Below the pieces are notes generated by a model that saw nothing but the letters and a program-made list of their open reading frames with translations, was not told the DNA's origin and did no database searches. Source: Clostridia bacterium (GTDB taxonomy: Bacteria; Bacillota; Clostridia; Christensenellales; CAG-138). Taken from it: a DNA stretch of 64,000 bases. A program made the position numbers and the translations under genes. Shown one piece after another: positions 49,314 through 57,831 of this stretch; the first letter of the stretch is position 1, and the number at the start of each line of letters is the position of its first letter. The stretch covers positions 11,631 to 75,630 of the forward strand of contig JAUNBM010000001.1 in NCBI GenBank assembly GCA_030527115.1. Reading direction: 5' to 3'.

Positions 49314-50452
49314 CTTTGTTGTCGCTCGATAATGTTTCTCAGCACTTCACCATACACGTCCCAGTTGTATTTTTCTCGGATTGCACAAAAAGCATTTTTT
49401 CTCATGCGCTCAAGCGCATCAGGGTCCGCCCATGCCTTGATTATCCCCTCCGCCAAAGCATCCCCGGTTTCGCTTTCAATAAGAACTCCGCAATCGGACT
49501 CCCTAATAATTCCTGCCTCCTCGATGTTTTCACTACAGGCAATGACTGCCATACCGTATGCCATGTACTCAAATAGCTTATTAGGTAGTGCATAATTTCC
49601 GGGCATCGTGTACGAATCGAACCGCATCATACCAACAGCATATTCTGACAGAACCTTGTATGCTCGCTCGCTCTCCATCCAACCATAAAAATGAAAGTAC
49701 TCGCTAACACCCCGCTTTTGCGCTTCCCGCATAAACAAGGAATCCTCCTCACTTTTGCCGTCGCCGCCAATAATCGCTATCGTATGATTAATTCCTTTGT
49801 TCTTGAGAATTTCTGCGGCGCACAAGAGCATTTCCTTTTGTCGGCTAACCCCGAATTGTCCAAAGAAAACGGTCGAGTTTCTCTGCACTTTTTCGTTAAT
49901 GCCAGCGAGCGCATACTGCTTAGATGGTACGCTTGGAAGCATCCAGCTATTTGTATTAAATTTAGCAAAGTTCTCCGTCATGGTTTGATTGACTGATGTC
50001 ACTCCGTCAATGCGGGCAATCTTTCTATTAATTGCTGACATGACAATTTGGTTCATCCTTTTCTCAAGAAATGGCAATCCGAGCTTTTGATCATGCCAAT
50101 GTTCATACGCTTCATGGCAGTCAAAAATGAGTTTAATTTTGCGTCTTTTGCGTTCTCTCTTATAGTACTTGTACGCCACGAATAGTGCATCCGGCTCGTG
50201 CGCAATCATCACATCCGGTTTGATTTCGGAACATAATCTGTATAGCGCTTTATGCGAAGCAATTCTCCCAAGAATTCCCTTTTTTTGTGTAAAACCATGA
50301 ATGGTTATATCGTCTTTTGTTGTCTCGTCTTTTGCATTGGGGGCTGTGCTGTGAACTCCATAACCAAGATCTCGTAGCGTTAATCCTATTTTCTTGTAAA
50401 CTCTTCCATCAAAAGGAGGATGTTTTGCACATACATTCAACACTTGTTTCAT
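49286..50452 (-). CDS. GT4-family glycosyltransferase
   Basis: NYALPNKLFEYMAYGMAVIACS is an E-x7-E-like motif. It overlaps the downstream GT gene by 28 nt. Confidence 0.7.
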   Translation of the reverse strand: MKQVLNVCAKHPPFDGRVYKKIGLTLRDLGYGVHSTAPNAKDETTKDDITIHGFTQKKGILGRIASHKALYRLCSEIKPDVMIAHEPDALFVAYKYYKRERKRRKIKLIFDCHEAYEHWHDQKLGLPFLEKRMNQIVMSAINRKIARIDGVTSVNQTMTENFAKFNTNSWMLPSVPSKQYALAGINEKVQRNSTVFFGQFGVSRQKEMLLCAAEILKNKGINHTIAIIGGDGKSEEDSLFMREAQKRGVSEYFHFYGWMESERAYKVLSEYAVGMMRFDSYTMPGNYALPNKLFEYMAYGMAVIACSENIEEAGIIRESDCGVLIESETGDALAEGIIKAWADPDALERMRKNAFCAIREKYNWDVYGEVLRNIIERQQRWITKKNVF

Positions 50453-50466
50453 AAATGCATAATTCC

Positions 50467-51117
50467 CTAACTATTATTTGATGAGACAGACGGTTTATCT
50501 GTCCCTTGTATCTGTACAATTGCCTCAATAAACTTTTCCGGCTCTCCCATCAGATGGGCGACTTCTATCAGAAAATTTGTTTCGTATGCCCACCAATGCG
50601 TTGATTCGATTTTTTGAGCCAAAACATTGTCGAATCGCATTTTAAGCACTCTCGCAGGACTTCCACCCACAATCGCATATGCCGGAACATCTTTTGTTAC
50701 AATCGAACCCATTCCGATGACTGCACCGTTTCCAATGCTGACTCCTCCCTTAATAATTGCGTTTGATCCTATCCAAACGTCATTTCCGATTATTGTTTGT
50801 GCATACGGCGAATATTCCAGCTGTGCAAAGTTCTTTTTCAATACATTTCTTCCTGCTAAAAAAACCGGTGATGTGGATACGAAGTTTGTAGGGTGGGAAG
50901 CCCCGCCAATGATAACCCCGGCAGCAATAGAGCAAAACCTTCCGACCTCGGCGTTAACCACAGTTGATTTCCCGATGTATGTATATTTTCCTATATTCGA
51001 ATTCAATACTCGGGCACCGCGTGAAATGGAAACAGGGTTCTCCAAGGTCGTATTAGACACTTGTTTGAACCCAAGGTATTTATTGAATACCCTTGAAATT
51101 GCATAGCCTATTTTCAT
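50467..51117 (-). CDS. Hexapeptide acetyltransferase, CatB/Vat (xenobiotic acyltransferase)-like
   Basis: [54 protein letters not shown]. Confidence 0.8.
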   Translation of the reverse strand: MKIGYAISRVFNKYLGFKQVSNTTLENPVSISRGARVLNSNIGKYTYIGKSTVVNAEVGRFCSIAAGVIIGGASHPTNFVSTSPVFLAGRNVLKKNFAQLEYSPYAQTIIGNDVWIGSNAIIKGGVSIGNGAVIGMGSIVTKDVPAYAIVGGSPARVLKMRFDNVLAQKIESTHWWAYETNFLIEVAHLMGEPEKFIEAIVQIQGTDKPSVSSNNS

Positions 51118-51333
51118 CTAATCTTCAACCTCGAATATGCTAAAAACGTTTTTATACTTTGAGATTCCAAGTCCCTCATTCAGCATTCTTCCTGTAATAA
51201 TCCCCTGTATCAATACAGTATTTTTTATCGAAATGCTTGCAAGCAGTCTAATGCCTTCTTCAAAAGGCATTATGGGTGGTGCTAAGTGTAGATTTATTTG
51301 GCAGTTCCTGCCTATACTTTTCACTTTACCCAC
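51118..51333 (-). CDS. Small ORF (71 aa), unknown; may not be expressed
   Basis: GTG start overlapping the upstream GT4 stop (GTGGGTAA). Its TAG stop abuts the acetyltransferase ATG. No recognisable motif. Confidence 0.25.
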   Translation of the reverse strand: MGKVKSIGRNCQINLHLAPPIMPFEEGIRLLASISIKNTVLIQGIITGRMLNEGLGISKYKNVFSIFEVED

Positions 51334-52576
51334 TCTCCGTTACGTAATTTAATTTGGCCGAATATTTTACTATTTCTATGTACTCTTTTATACAAACTTC
51401 AGAAGAGATATGTTTATTAATATAATCTCGACCCCGTTTCCCAGAGTCCTTGAGCAAGTCAGGTTTCATGTAGGCTTCTCTTATAGCTTCAGCAAGCATT
51501 ACTTCGTTTTCCGGTTCAACGCAGATGCCGCATCGCTCTGTTCGTATTAGCTCGGATAATTCGCTGTCCTTGTCAAATGCGGCTATTACCGGAGTCTCAG
51601 TCGCAAGAATACTCCATGTTTTACTTGGCACAGCCGAACCACCTGCACCTTTCTGGCACATTATAACAGATATATCAGCTATGCTATACACTTCCGATAC
51701 TCTTGTTTTATCTTGCAAAGGATAAAATACTATGTTTGTCAATTTTAACTCTTGCGCCAATGCTACGACTCGTTCACTTTCAACACCGTTTCCAAAAACC
51801 ACAAATTGTATATTATCGATATCTTGCAGCAAAGCCGCAGCTTTTACCAAAGTTGAAACATTTTGAACTTTTCCCAAATTACCGGCATAGACTACATAGA
51901 ATGCATTCTTCGATAGTCCAAGTTCAGTCATCAGACGATTATCAGCTCTATTAATGTGTTTAACATCGGATAAATCAATCCAATTCCTCACAACTCTGAT
52001 CTTACTTTTATCAACACCTTTTTCTTCTAAAGTGTTTCGCATTTCATCACCAACAACCATGATCTGTGAGGCTTCGCGGTATGATCTCATAACCATTCTA
52101 TCGCCGAGTTTATAGATTAACGATCCTTTTTTTACCAAACCAGCCGTTACTAAAGAATCCGGAAAAATGTCTTGAACTCGTAGCACGTATGGTTTGCACA
52201 GCTTATTAGCAACTCGCTTAGCAAGAATGATCTGTGTTGGGGGCGTAGTACCTGCAAAGATTACATCGCAGTTCTTCTCTTTAATTGCGTAATGATATTG
52301 TATAAAATTGCCCAATATATACCGAATCGCACGTAATATAGTATTTTTTGGTTCCGGCATCAAAGGAAACCTGTTTATTTTAACATGATGATCATGCAAA
52401 AGCTCTATACCTTTGTATGCTTCTCTAACGGTCTTAGTGCAACCTCTTGTTGGATATGGCGTGAGTACGGTCATGTCCATGCCATTATCGACGAAAGCCG
52501 TCTCAATTTGTTTCTCCATACCTGCACTTGGTATAATCTCCGGAGGATAGTATGCCGTCAGTTTTAATATTCTCAT
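51326..52576 (-). CDS. GT4-family glycosyltransferase (WcaI-like)
   Basis: MRILKLTAYYPPEIIPSAGMEKQ N-terminus typical of WcaI-like GT4 enzymes. C-terminal GT-B half with PSKTWSILATETPVIA. Confidence 0.75.
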   Translation of the reverse strand: MRILKLTAYYPPEIIPSAGMEKQIETAFVDNGMDMTVLTPYPTRGCTKTVREAYKGIELLHDHHVKINRFPLMPEPKNTILRAIRYILGNFIQYHYAIKEKNCDVIFAGTTPPTQIILAKRVANKLCKPYVLRVQDIFPDSLVTAGLVKKGSLIYKLGDRMVMRSYREASQIMVVGDEMRNTLEEKGVDKSKIRVVRNWIDLSDVKHINRADNRLMTELGLSKNAFYVVYAGNLGKVQNVSTLVKAAALLQDIDNIQFVVFGNGVESERVVALAQELKLTNIVFYPLQDKTRVSEVYSIADISVIMCQKGAGGSAVPSKTWSILATETPVIAAFDKDSELSELIRTERCGICVEPENEVMLAEAIREAYMKPDLLKDSGKRGRDYINKHISSEVCIKEYIEIVKYSAKLNYVTESG

Positions 52577-52627
52577 CGTATTAAAGTATCAAACCTTCGC
52601 TGATTATAGCGATGGACTAATTGGGCT

Positions 52628-53902
52628 TTATTTTCTTCCATCTAAAGCTTCCCCCGTGAAGCCACCGGGCAGTATCATCTCAAATCCATCTGTGGATTTT
52701 ACATGCAGTAATGTATTTATTTTTTTTATTATTGAACATAAGCTTTCAAAACTTTCTGCGACGAGGTGAATTCGCGCAAAGCTCTGGCCGAGATTGCCTA
52801 TAACGCTTGGGGGCACACTGTCTCCTTCATCATAGAATTGAGTTATGTTCACGCACTCTTGCATTTCTCCAATTTCTTTTAACCCGTTTATCTTTTCTAT
52901 CGTGCCCTCTCTTAGACTCGGAACAAGACAACAGGCTCTCTTTTTAAACTTAGGGGTTGCCATAGATGAAATGTCTTTATCATCCATCTCTCCGGTAAAA
53001 GCAAAATTAATGAGCTCTTCGACATAGTCAATTCCGCACATTTCCCTAACCATCATAGAGCTCTGTCCGCCACCAACCCGGTATCCCATTTCGAAGAAGT
53101 AAAACTGCTCACCATCGAAGAACGACTGAATAAAAACAGTGCCATTGTGCATCCCTTCTTCATAGAACATGGTTTTGACTTTACTGTCCAATAACTTTAT
53201 GTACTCATCGAGATGTTTTGAGGGGTAAACTACGGCTGCCGTTAAAGGCGATAGACCTTTTTGCTCTGTATTTACGTATCTATCTCCAACAGCGGTTAAA
53301 ATAATTTTTCCGTCTTGCATTACATAATCAATGTTTACATCGTCTAAGCCACCGAGGTACTTCTCAATAATAATTTGGGAAGTTTTAGAATGTTTTTTTG
53401 CTTTTAAAATAGCATCAGCAGTTTCTTCATATTTATAACAAACCGTAATACCTTTGCTGCCGTAACTGTCTGCTGGCTTTATTATAACTGGATACTCGAC
53501 TGTCGCAAGTTCATTTACTGAATACTGTGGAACAACTCCAACATTGTATTTTCTACACATATCCTTAAATTTTAGCTTATCGGTCGTTTGTAAAATCTGA
53601 TTTTGACTCTTCGCATAAAAAGGTAATTTTAGCCTATCGCACAATATGTGGCATATCTGCAGATTGACATCAGAGTAACCCGTGAATACGCCATCCACAT
53701 CCTCTTTTACAGCCATCTCATACAAAGCATCCACATCTGATGTGTCTATATCATAAGATTTATCAGCATATTTCTTTGCTATGTGATTCTTTATAGGATC
53801 TACTACTATAACATATGCACCGAGCGTTTTCGCGACACGAATGACATTTATCGAATAGGCTGTCGCCCCCAACACAAGGAGTCTTTTATTTGTATGTAGC
53901 AT
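52628..53902 (-). CDS. ATP-grasp domain ligase, paralog 4
   Basis: YPVIIKPADSYGSKGITVC and EMGYRVGGGQ motifs, collinear with paralogs 1 and 2. Confidence 0.75.
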   Translation of the reverse strand: MLHTNKRLLVLGATAYSINVIRVAKTLGAYVIVVDPIKNHIAKKYADKSYDIDTSDVDALYEMAVKEDVDGVFTGYSDVNLQICHILCDRLKLPFYAKSQNQILQTTDKLKFKDMCRKYNVGVVPQYSVNELATVEYPVIIKPADSYGSKGITVCYKYEETADAILKAKKHSKTSQIIIEKYLGGLDDVNIDYVMQDGKIILTAVGDRYVNTEQKGLSPLTAAVVYPSKHLDEYIKLLDSKVKTMFYEEGMHNGTVFIQSFFDGEQFYFFEMGYRVGGGQSSMMVREMCGIDYVEELINFAFTGEMDDKDISSMATPKFKKRACCLVPSLREGTIEKINGLKEIGEMQECVNITQFYDEGDSVPPSVIGNLGQSFARIHLVAESFESLCSIIKKINTLLHVKSTDGFEMILPGGFTGEALDGRK

Positions 53903-53941
53903 TTTTCGTATCCCCTTTTAACTTTTATACTTTATGGAGGG

Positions 53942-54559
53942 TTATTGGGCTTGTCGTTTTTCTTCTATGCTTGAATCTGTATAGATATCGGTTTTTCGTA
54001 GCACTCTTGCTATTGTTCCTAAAACAATTTTCACATCCAAGCCAAAAGACAAGTGTTCCACATAGTACTTGTCGCTTTCATACCGTTTCTCACCCTGGGC
54101 ACTATTGCGGTACATCATTTGAGTATATCCTGTTATTCCGGGTCTAACTTGAAACCTTACAGCCTGCAGATCGGTCAAATCATCCAGAATCAACGGCGTA
54201 GCTGGACGCGGACCAATCCAGCTCATATCACCTTTGATTATGTTGATTATTTGTCCTGTTTCATCTAAACTGGTACTCCTTAAGCAACGACCTACTCTTG
54301 TTACTCGAGGATCATCCTTACTATTATAAGTGGATCCATCAGGGTTTCGGATATCAGTTGCATTCATTTTCATGCTGCGCAACTTATACATCTTGTAAAC
54401 TTCTTGATTCTTTCCTATTCTTTGGGCGGTGTAGAAGACCGTTCCTTTATCTTCAAAGTAAATGAATGGTGCAAAGGCTATCCATACAACTATGCAAAAC
54501 GGCATAGCAATAATCGCTAAACACAAGTCGAGAAATCTTTTCACGAACCTTTTATACAT
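53942..54559 (-). CDS. Small (PglC/EpsL-type) undecaprenyl-phosphate sugar-phosphate transferase
   Basis: 205 aa with a single N-terminal re-entrant helix (FLDLCLAIIAMPFCIVVWIAF). YKLRSM, LDETGQIINIIKGDMSWIGPRP motifs of the bacterial sugar transferase family. Confidence 0.85.
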   Translation of the reverse strand: MYKRFVKRFLDLCLAIIAMPFCIVVWIAFAPFIYFEDKGTVFYTAQRIGKNQEVYKMYKLRSMKMNATDIRNPDGSTYNSKDDPRVTRVGRCLRSTSLDETGQIINIIKGDMSWIGPRPATPLILDDLTDLQAVRFQVRPGITGYTQMMYRNSAQGEKRYESDKYYVEHLSFGLDVKIVLGTIARVLRKTDIYTDSSIEEKRQAQ

Positions 54560-54625
54560 TTTAATTCATCCTTCGCACTTTCTATCCAATGCTCTATCAC
54601 TTTCAACATCATCGCGTGTAATTTA

Positions 54626-55837
54626 TTACGACTTTCTGCCTTGCAGAATTGCCTTTAATGTTTCCGCTATGTAGTCCACCTCTTCATCCTGCAACAGGGT
54701 ATGTAGCGGCAACGTGATTTCGTTGGCGTACTGGCGATAGGCATTGGGATAATCCTTAACGTCAAAGCCCAACCGCTGATATGCCGTGTGCATGGGCAGG
54801 GGTTTGAAGTGGACATTGCATGCCACTCCTGCCTCTGCCATTTTCACAATAATATCGTTTCTTTTGCTTTCCGTGATTCCCGGAATTCGCGTAAGATACA
54901 GATGGCCATTCCCCTCGAATTCAAACCCTCCAAAGTGCTTTAAACGCTGAATACCCAGCGGCAAGAGCCTTTGATCATACATTTTAACAAAATGCTTGCG
55001 CTTCTCCATCAGCCCGTCAAAACGGCTGAGTTGGGCAAGCCCGATAGCGGCGGTGATATCCGTCATATTGCATTTATATCCCGGATATACTATGTCATAT
55101 TCCCATGAACCGGGGGACAGCTTTTTCAGCGCATCCTTGCTCTGCCCGTGAAGCGACCATAGCATAAACTTGTTGTACAACTCATCGTTGTCCAAGCCTT
55201 CCCGATTCCGCCACGTTACCGCTCCGCCCTCGGCGGTTGTTAGATTTTTGACTGCATGGAAGCTGAAGCAACTGAAGTCCGCCACCGCACCCGACTTTTT
55301 GCCATGATAAGTCGCACCGAAGGAATGCGCCGCATCCGCCATGACGATCGGGCGGTCGAACAGTCGCTGATATTCGTTCTCACCGGGGCGGTAGAGGTGC
55401 TTTTTGCTCTCCACCGCCCGATAGAACGCGTCGTAATCGCACATCACGCCGCCTATATCCACAGGGATTATCGCCTTGGTTCTTTCCGTAATGGCCTCAG
55501 CGAGCTTTTCGTAATCCATGTGGAACGAACCGGGAGCTACATCCACCAACACAATTTTAGCGCCCACATGGTCGATTACGGAGGCGGAGGCAGTATAGGT
55601 GTAGGCAGAAGTGATCACTTCGTCTCCGGGGCCAATTCCCAAAATCCGCAGGGTCATTTCCAAAGCCGCGGTGGCAGAACTGAGACATACGGCTCTCGAT
55701 GTGCCGCAGTATTCCGCTATTCTTTTTTCAAATTGTTTTGTCTTTGCTCCGGTGGTGATCCATCCCGATTTCAGAACTTCTACCACCTCAGCAATCTCCA
55801 GATCCGATATATCCGGAGGTGAAAATGCTATCCTCAT
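54626..55837 (-). CDS. DegT-family aminotransferase, EpsN/PglE-like (UDP-4-keto-6-deoxy-HexNAc 4-aminotransferase type)
   Basis: MRIAFSPPDISDLEIAEVVEVLKSGWITTGAKTKQFE, DAAHSFG and SFHAVKNLTTAEGG (PLP Lys). Start ATG 55837; the 21 upstream codons of the listed ORF have no support. Confidence 0.8.
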   Translation of the reverse strand: MRIAFSPPDISDLEIAEVVEVLKSGWITTGAKTKQFEKRIAEYCGTSRAVCLSSATAALEMTLRILGIGPGDEVITSAYTYTASASVIDHVGAKIVLVDVAPGSFHMDYEKLAEAITERTKAIIPVDIGGVMCDYDAFYRAVESKKHLYRPGENEYQRLFDRPIVMADAAHSFGATYHGKKSGAVADFSCFSFHAVKNLTTAEGGAVTWRNREGLDNDELYNKFMLWSLHGQSKDALKKLSPGSWEYDIVYPGYKCNMTDITAAIGLAQLSRFDGLMEKRKHFVKMYDQRLLPLGIQRLKHFGGFEFEGNGHLYLTRIPGITESKRNDIIVKMAEAGVACNVHFKPLPMHTAYQRLGFDVKDYPNAYRQYANEITLPLHTLLQDEEVDYIAETLKAILQGRKS

Positions 55838-56013
55838 GCTCGTCCAATCTTCCGTTTTACAGGCTGAAAAACTCATGGCTTCGCCATCGGCGGCTCGCAT
55901 CGGGCAGTCGGACGAAGCTTCTCATGCGGCGGCGGTTCTTAAACCGCGCTGTCTGCGCGTGAGCAAGTTATCCACCACCTATGTGCTGACCGCCGCTGAC
56001 GGCATGTCACGTT

Positions 56014-56042
56014 ATTATAAACCAGCTCGACAAATAATGCAA
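56014..56042 (-). promoter_or_regulatory. Predicted sigma-A-type promoter for the polysaccharide operon
   Basis: Minus strand reads TTGCAT, 17 nt, TATAAT. It lies about 175 nt upstream of the first gene's ATG (55837). Confidence 0.4.
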
Positions 56043-56149
56043 GCTCAATTTGGCGCATCCATATTCTGCCTGCTTGCTTTCTCTCATTATTTATTTAAGC
56101 TTTCGGGGCAAGGTTAATTGACGGGTTTGTTTTTCGCGGGATTAAGGTC

Positions 56150-56178
56150 TTGACAGAAGTTGGAAACGGGGATATACT
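56150..56178 (+). promoter_or_regulatory. Predicted sigma-A-type promoter for the TPP riboswitch-thiT transcript
   Basis: TTGACA, 17 nt, TATACT, ending 8 nt before the riboswitch P1 stem. Confidence 0.6.
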
Positions 56179-56185
56179 TTCCTTG

Positions 56186-56275
56186 TCACGGGGGCGCCGT
56201 TTTTGGCTGAGAAGTACCCCTACCGCAAGTTGCACTTGCGTACACCTGTTGGATAATGCCATCGAAGGAAAGTGA
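56186..56275 (+). promoter_or_regulatory. TPP (THI-box) riboswitch
   Basis: P1 is tcac...gtga. Conserved GGGGCGCC...CTGAGA...ACCCC and ACCTGTTGGATAATGCCATCGAAGGAA blocks are present. It sits upstream of a thiamine transporter gene. Confidence 0.85.
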
Positions 56276-56292
56276 CCAAAGTCTCTTTTTAT

Positions 56293-56320
56293 GGATACCC
56301 AACGGGTATCCTATTTTATA
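56293..56320 (+). terminator. Riboswitch expression-platform terminator hairpin
   Basis: GGATACCC-aac-GGGTATCC followed by TATTTTATA, located between the aptamer and the thiT RBS (GGAGG, 56324..56328). Confidence 0.5.
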
Positions 56321-56333
56321 TTTGGAGGCTGAA

Positions 56334-56984
56334 ATGGACTTTATTTTGCTGGACGAGCTCAAGGAGCTTACCGCCTGGGAATGGGCGCTCGCCGCCCTCT
56401 GCCTGCTCGCTTTTATCGGTATGATCCTCGCTTTGATCTTCCTGCCCCGTAAGGAGAAGAAGGCCCTCTCCACCCGTACGCTGATAATAGGCGCGATGTG
56501 CGTCTCGCTGTCCTTCGTCCTCTCCTATATCAAGCTCTGGTCTATGCCCATGGGTGGGAGCATAACCTTAGCCTCGATGCTTCCGCTGATGCTCTTTGCC
56601 AACCGCTTCGGCTTGAAATGCGGGTTGCTTGCCGGCCTTGCCTACGGCATCCTCCAGTTCATCCAAAAGCCTGAGATCTATCACTGGGCGCAGATGCTCA
56701 TAGATTATCCCCTGGCATTCACCTTAATCGGGCTTGCCGGGCTGACCCGACAGATGCAGCTGGGTTGCGTCATCGGCGGGCTTGCCCGCTTTATATGCCA
56801 CTTTCTCACCGGCTTTCTTTTCTTCGCCTCCTACGCTCCCGAGGGCATGAACGCCGTATGGTACTCCTTTATCTACAACGGCTCGTATATGGGTGTGGAC
56901 ATTTTGATTTGCATCTTGCTTTCGTTCCCCGTTTGTGCGATACTTGACAGGAGAAAGATAGGAGGAGCTTCCAATGCGAATTGA
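56334..56984 (+). CDS. thiT: Energy-coupling-factor S component / thiamine transporter ThiT (YuaJ family)
   Basis: Start ATG 56334 (MDFILL..). Six hydrophobic helices. Blocks SYIKLWSMPMGGSITLASMLPLMLFA and LIDYPLAF match the ThiT family. TPP riboswitch upstream. Confidence 0.8.
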   Translation: MDFILLDELKELTAWEWALAALCLLAFIGMILALIFLPRKEKKALSTRTLIIGAMCVSLSFVLSYIKLWSMPMGGSITLASMLPLMLFANRFGLKCGLLAGLAYGILQFIQKPEIYHWAQMLIDYPLAFTLIGLAGLTRQMQLGCVIGGLARFICHFLTGFLFFASYAPEGMNAVWYSFIYNGSYMGVDILICILLSFPVCAILDRRKIGGASNAN

Positions 56985-57168
56985 CCGTTTCGAAGGCGAG
57001 ACCGCCGTTATAGAATGCGGCGAGCTGTTCTTTGAGCTTCCGCGCTCCGTCTTGCCCCCCAACACCCGTGAAGGCGATATTTTGAGCATCTCGATTGACA
57101 GCGAGGCGACCGAACAAAAGAAAGCCGAGCTAAAAAAACGCCTCGGCACCCTGTTTCAAAGACAATGA
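56974..57168 (+). CDS. DUF3006-family small protein
   Basis: MRIDRFEGETAVIECGELFFELPRSVLPPNTREGDILSI fits the DUF3006 pattern (..DR.EG..AV.E......LP...LP....EGD.L). It overlaps the thiT stop by 11 nt. Confidence 0.65.
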   Translation: MRIDRFEGETAVIECGELFFELPRSVLPPNTREGDILSISIDSEATEQKKAELKKRLGTLFQRQ

Positions 57169-57253
57169 GCCTCCGCTTTTAACTCCGCCCGCCTTCCGCA
57201 AAACCCCAAAAACCGTTTTAGCTTGCGGCGCCTGCTTATTAGCTCCGCAAGTT

Positions 57254-57754
57254 TTATTGCAACCATTCAAAGGACAGCCAGACGTCGCGCTTCATCTCGC
57301 CAACCTCTATGGTTACCAGCGCGCTCCGCCTGTGATTGTTCACGTCCTTGATAACGCCCTTATACTCCGCGAGCGGCCCGCTGATTACCTCGATTCTGCC
57401 GCCCTTTTTGATCGCCTGGCTTATCCCGATATTGCCCTCGTTTTGCCACAGCCATCTGGCGAACTCCAAATCCGCGCCGCGCAGGGCATACTCTCCGTCC
57501 TGATATCTCAGCGGCTTATAAACTCCGATGAGCCTGCCGAGCCGCACCAGATCCAAAACCTTTTCCGAATATACAAAGACGTAGCCGCTCAAAAGCGGAA
57601 GCCTGCGCCTTATCCACGTTCCGTTTTTCCGTTCATCCCGCTCAAAGGTTGGAAACATCGCGACCGCTTCTGGAAACTCGCGCTCTATGGCGCGCACCGT
57701 ATTCGATTCCCGCCCGCTTTCGCAAAAAACGCAGACGACTATCTTGTTCTCCAT
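57254..57754 (-). CDS. NusG-paralog transcription antitermination factor (LoaP/UpxY-like)
   Basis: 166 aa from ATG 57754. NGN-like N-domain (VVCVFCESGRE...LLSGYVFV) and a C-terminal KOW-like segment (GGRIEVISGPLAEYKGVIKDV). Too short and divergent for housekeeping NusG, and not next to secE/rplK. Confidence 0.7.
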   Translation of the reverse strand: MENKIVVCVFCESGRESNTVRAIEREFPEAVAMFPTFERDERKNGTWIRRRLPLLSGYVFVYSEKVLDLVRLGRLIGVYKPLRYQDGEYALRGADLEFARWLWQNEGNIGISQAIKKGGRIEVISGPLAEYKGVIKDVNNHRRSALVTIEVGEMKRDVWLSFEWLQ

Positions 57755-57760
57755 GGGCGC

Positions 57761-57769
57761 ATTATAGCA
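57761..57769 (-). promoter_or_regulatory. Extended -10 element (TGcTATAAT) immediately upstream of the NusG-paralog ATG (possible leaderless mRNA)
   Basis: Minus strand reads TGCTATAAT-gcgccc-ATG. No Shine-Dalgarno lies between the -10 and the ATG, and the -35 is weak. Confidence 0.35.
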
Positions 57770-57799
57770 GAATAATTTTGCTTTGCACAGAGCATAATA
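57770..57799 (+). promoter_or_regulatory. Forespore sigma-F/sigma-G-type promoter upstream of spoVAD
   Basis: GAATA, 18 nt, CATAATA fits the GHATR-N17/18-CATnnTA consensus as I recall it. The GGAGGA RBS (57815..57820) and ATG 57832 follow. Confidence 0.5.
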
Positions 57800-57831
57800 G
57801 CAAAAATTCCGTATGGAGGAGCAAAACAACC

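Noticed and set aside
55867-55887. Hairpin ATGGC-gaa-GCCAT followed by GAGTTTTT in the operon leader (minus strand), a possible leader terminator
   Set aside because: The stem is only 5 bp and the U-run is separated from it by 3 nt. That is too weak to annotate as a terminator without folding energies or transcript data. It is mentioned under the NusG-paralog finding.
55986-55994. GGCGGTCAG on the minus strand just downstream of the predicted operon promoter, reminiscent of the RfaH ops core GGCGGTAG
   Set aside because: It has a one-base insertion relative to ops. RfaH/ops is a proteobacterial system, and a 9-mer of this GC content is expected by chance. It is kept only as a note for whoever maps the leader.
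55611-56117. 168-aa plus-strand ORF spanning the aminotransferase 5' end and the operon leader
   Set aside because: Half of it is antisense to a supported gene. The rest covers the predicted promoter and leader. It has no RBS and no motif.
56186-56473. 95-aa minus-strand ORF
   Set aside because: It lies antisense to the TPP riboswitch and the thiT 5' end. The riboswitch and thiT assignment explains the sequence.
57222-57256. Inverted repeat CTTGCGG...CCGCAAG between the convergent DUF3006 and NusG-paralog genes, a possible bidirectional terminator
   Set aside because: The loop is 16 nt and the T-run overlaps the NusG-paralog stop codon. The call is plausible but not strong enough.
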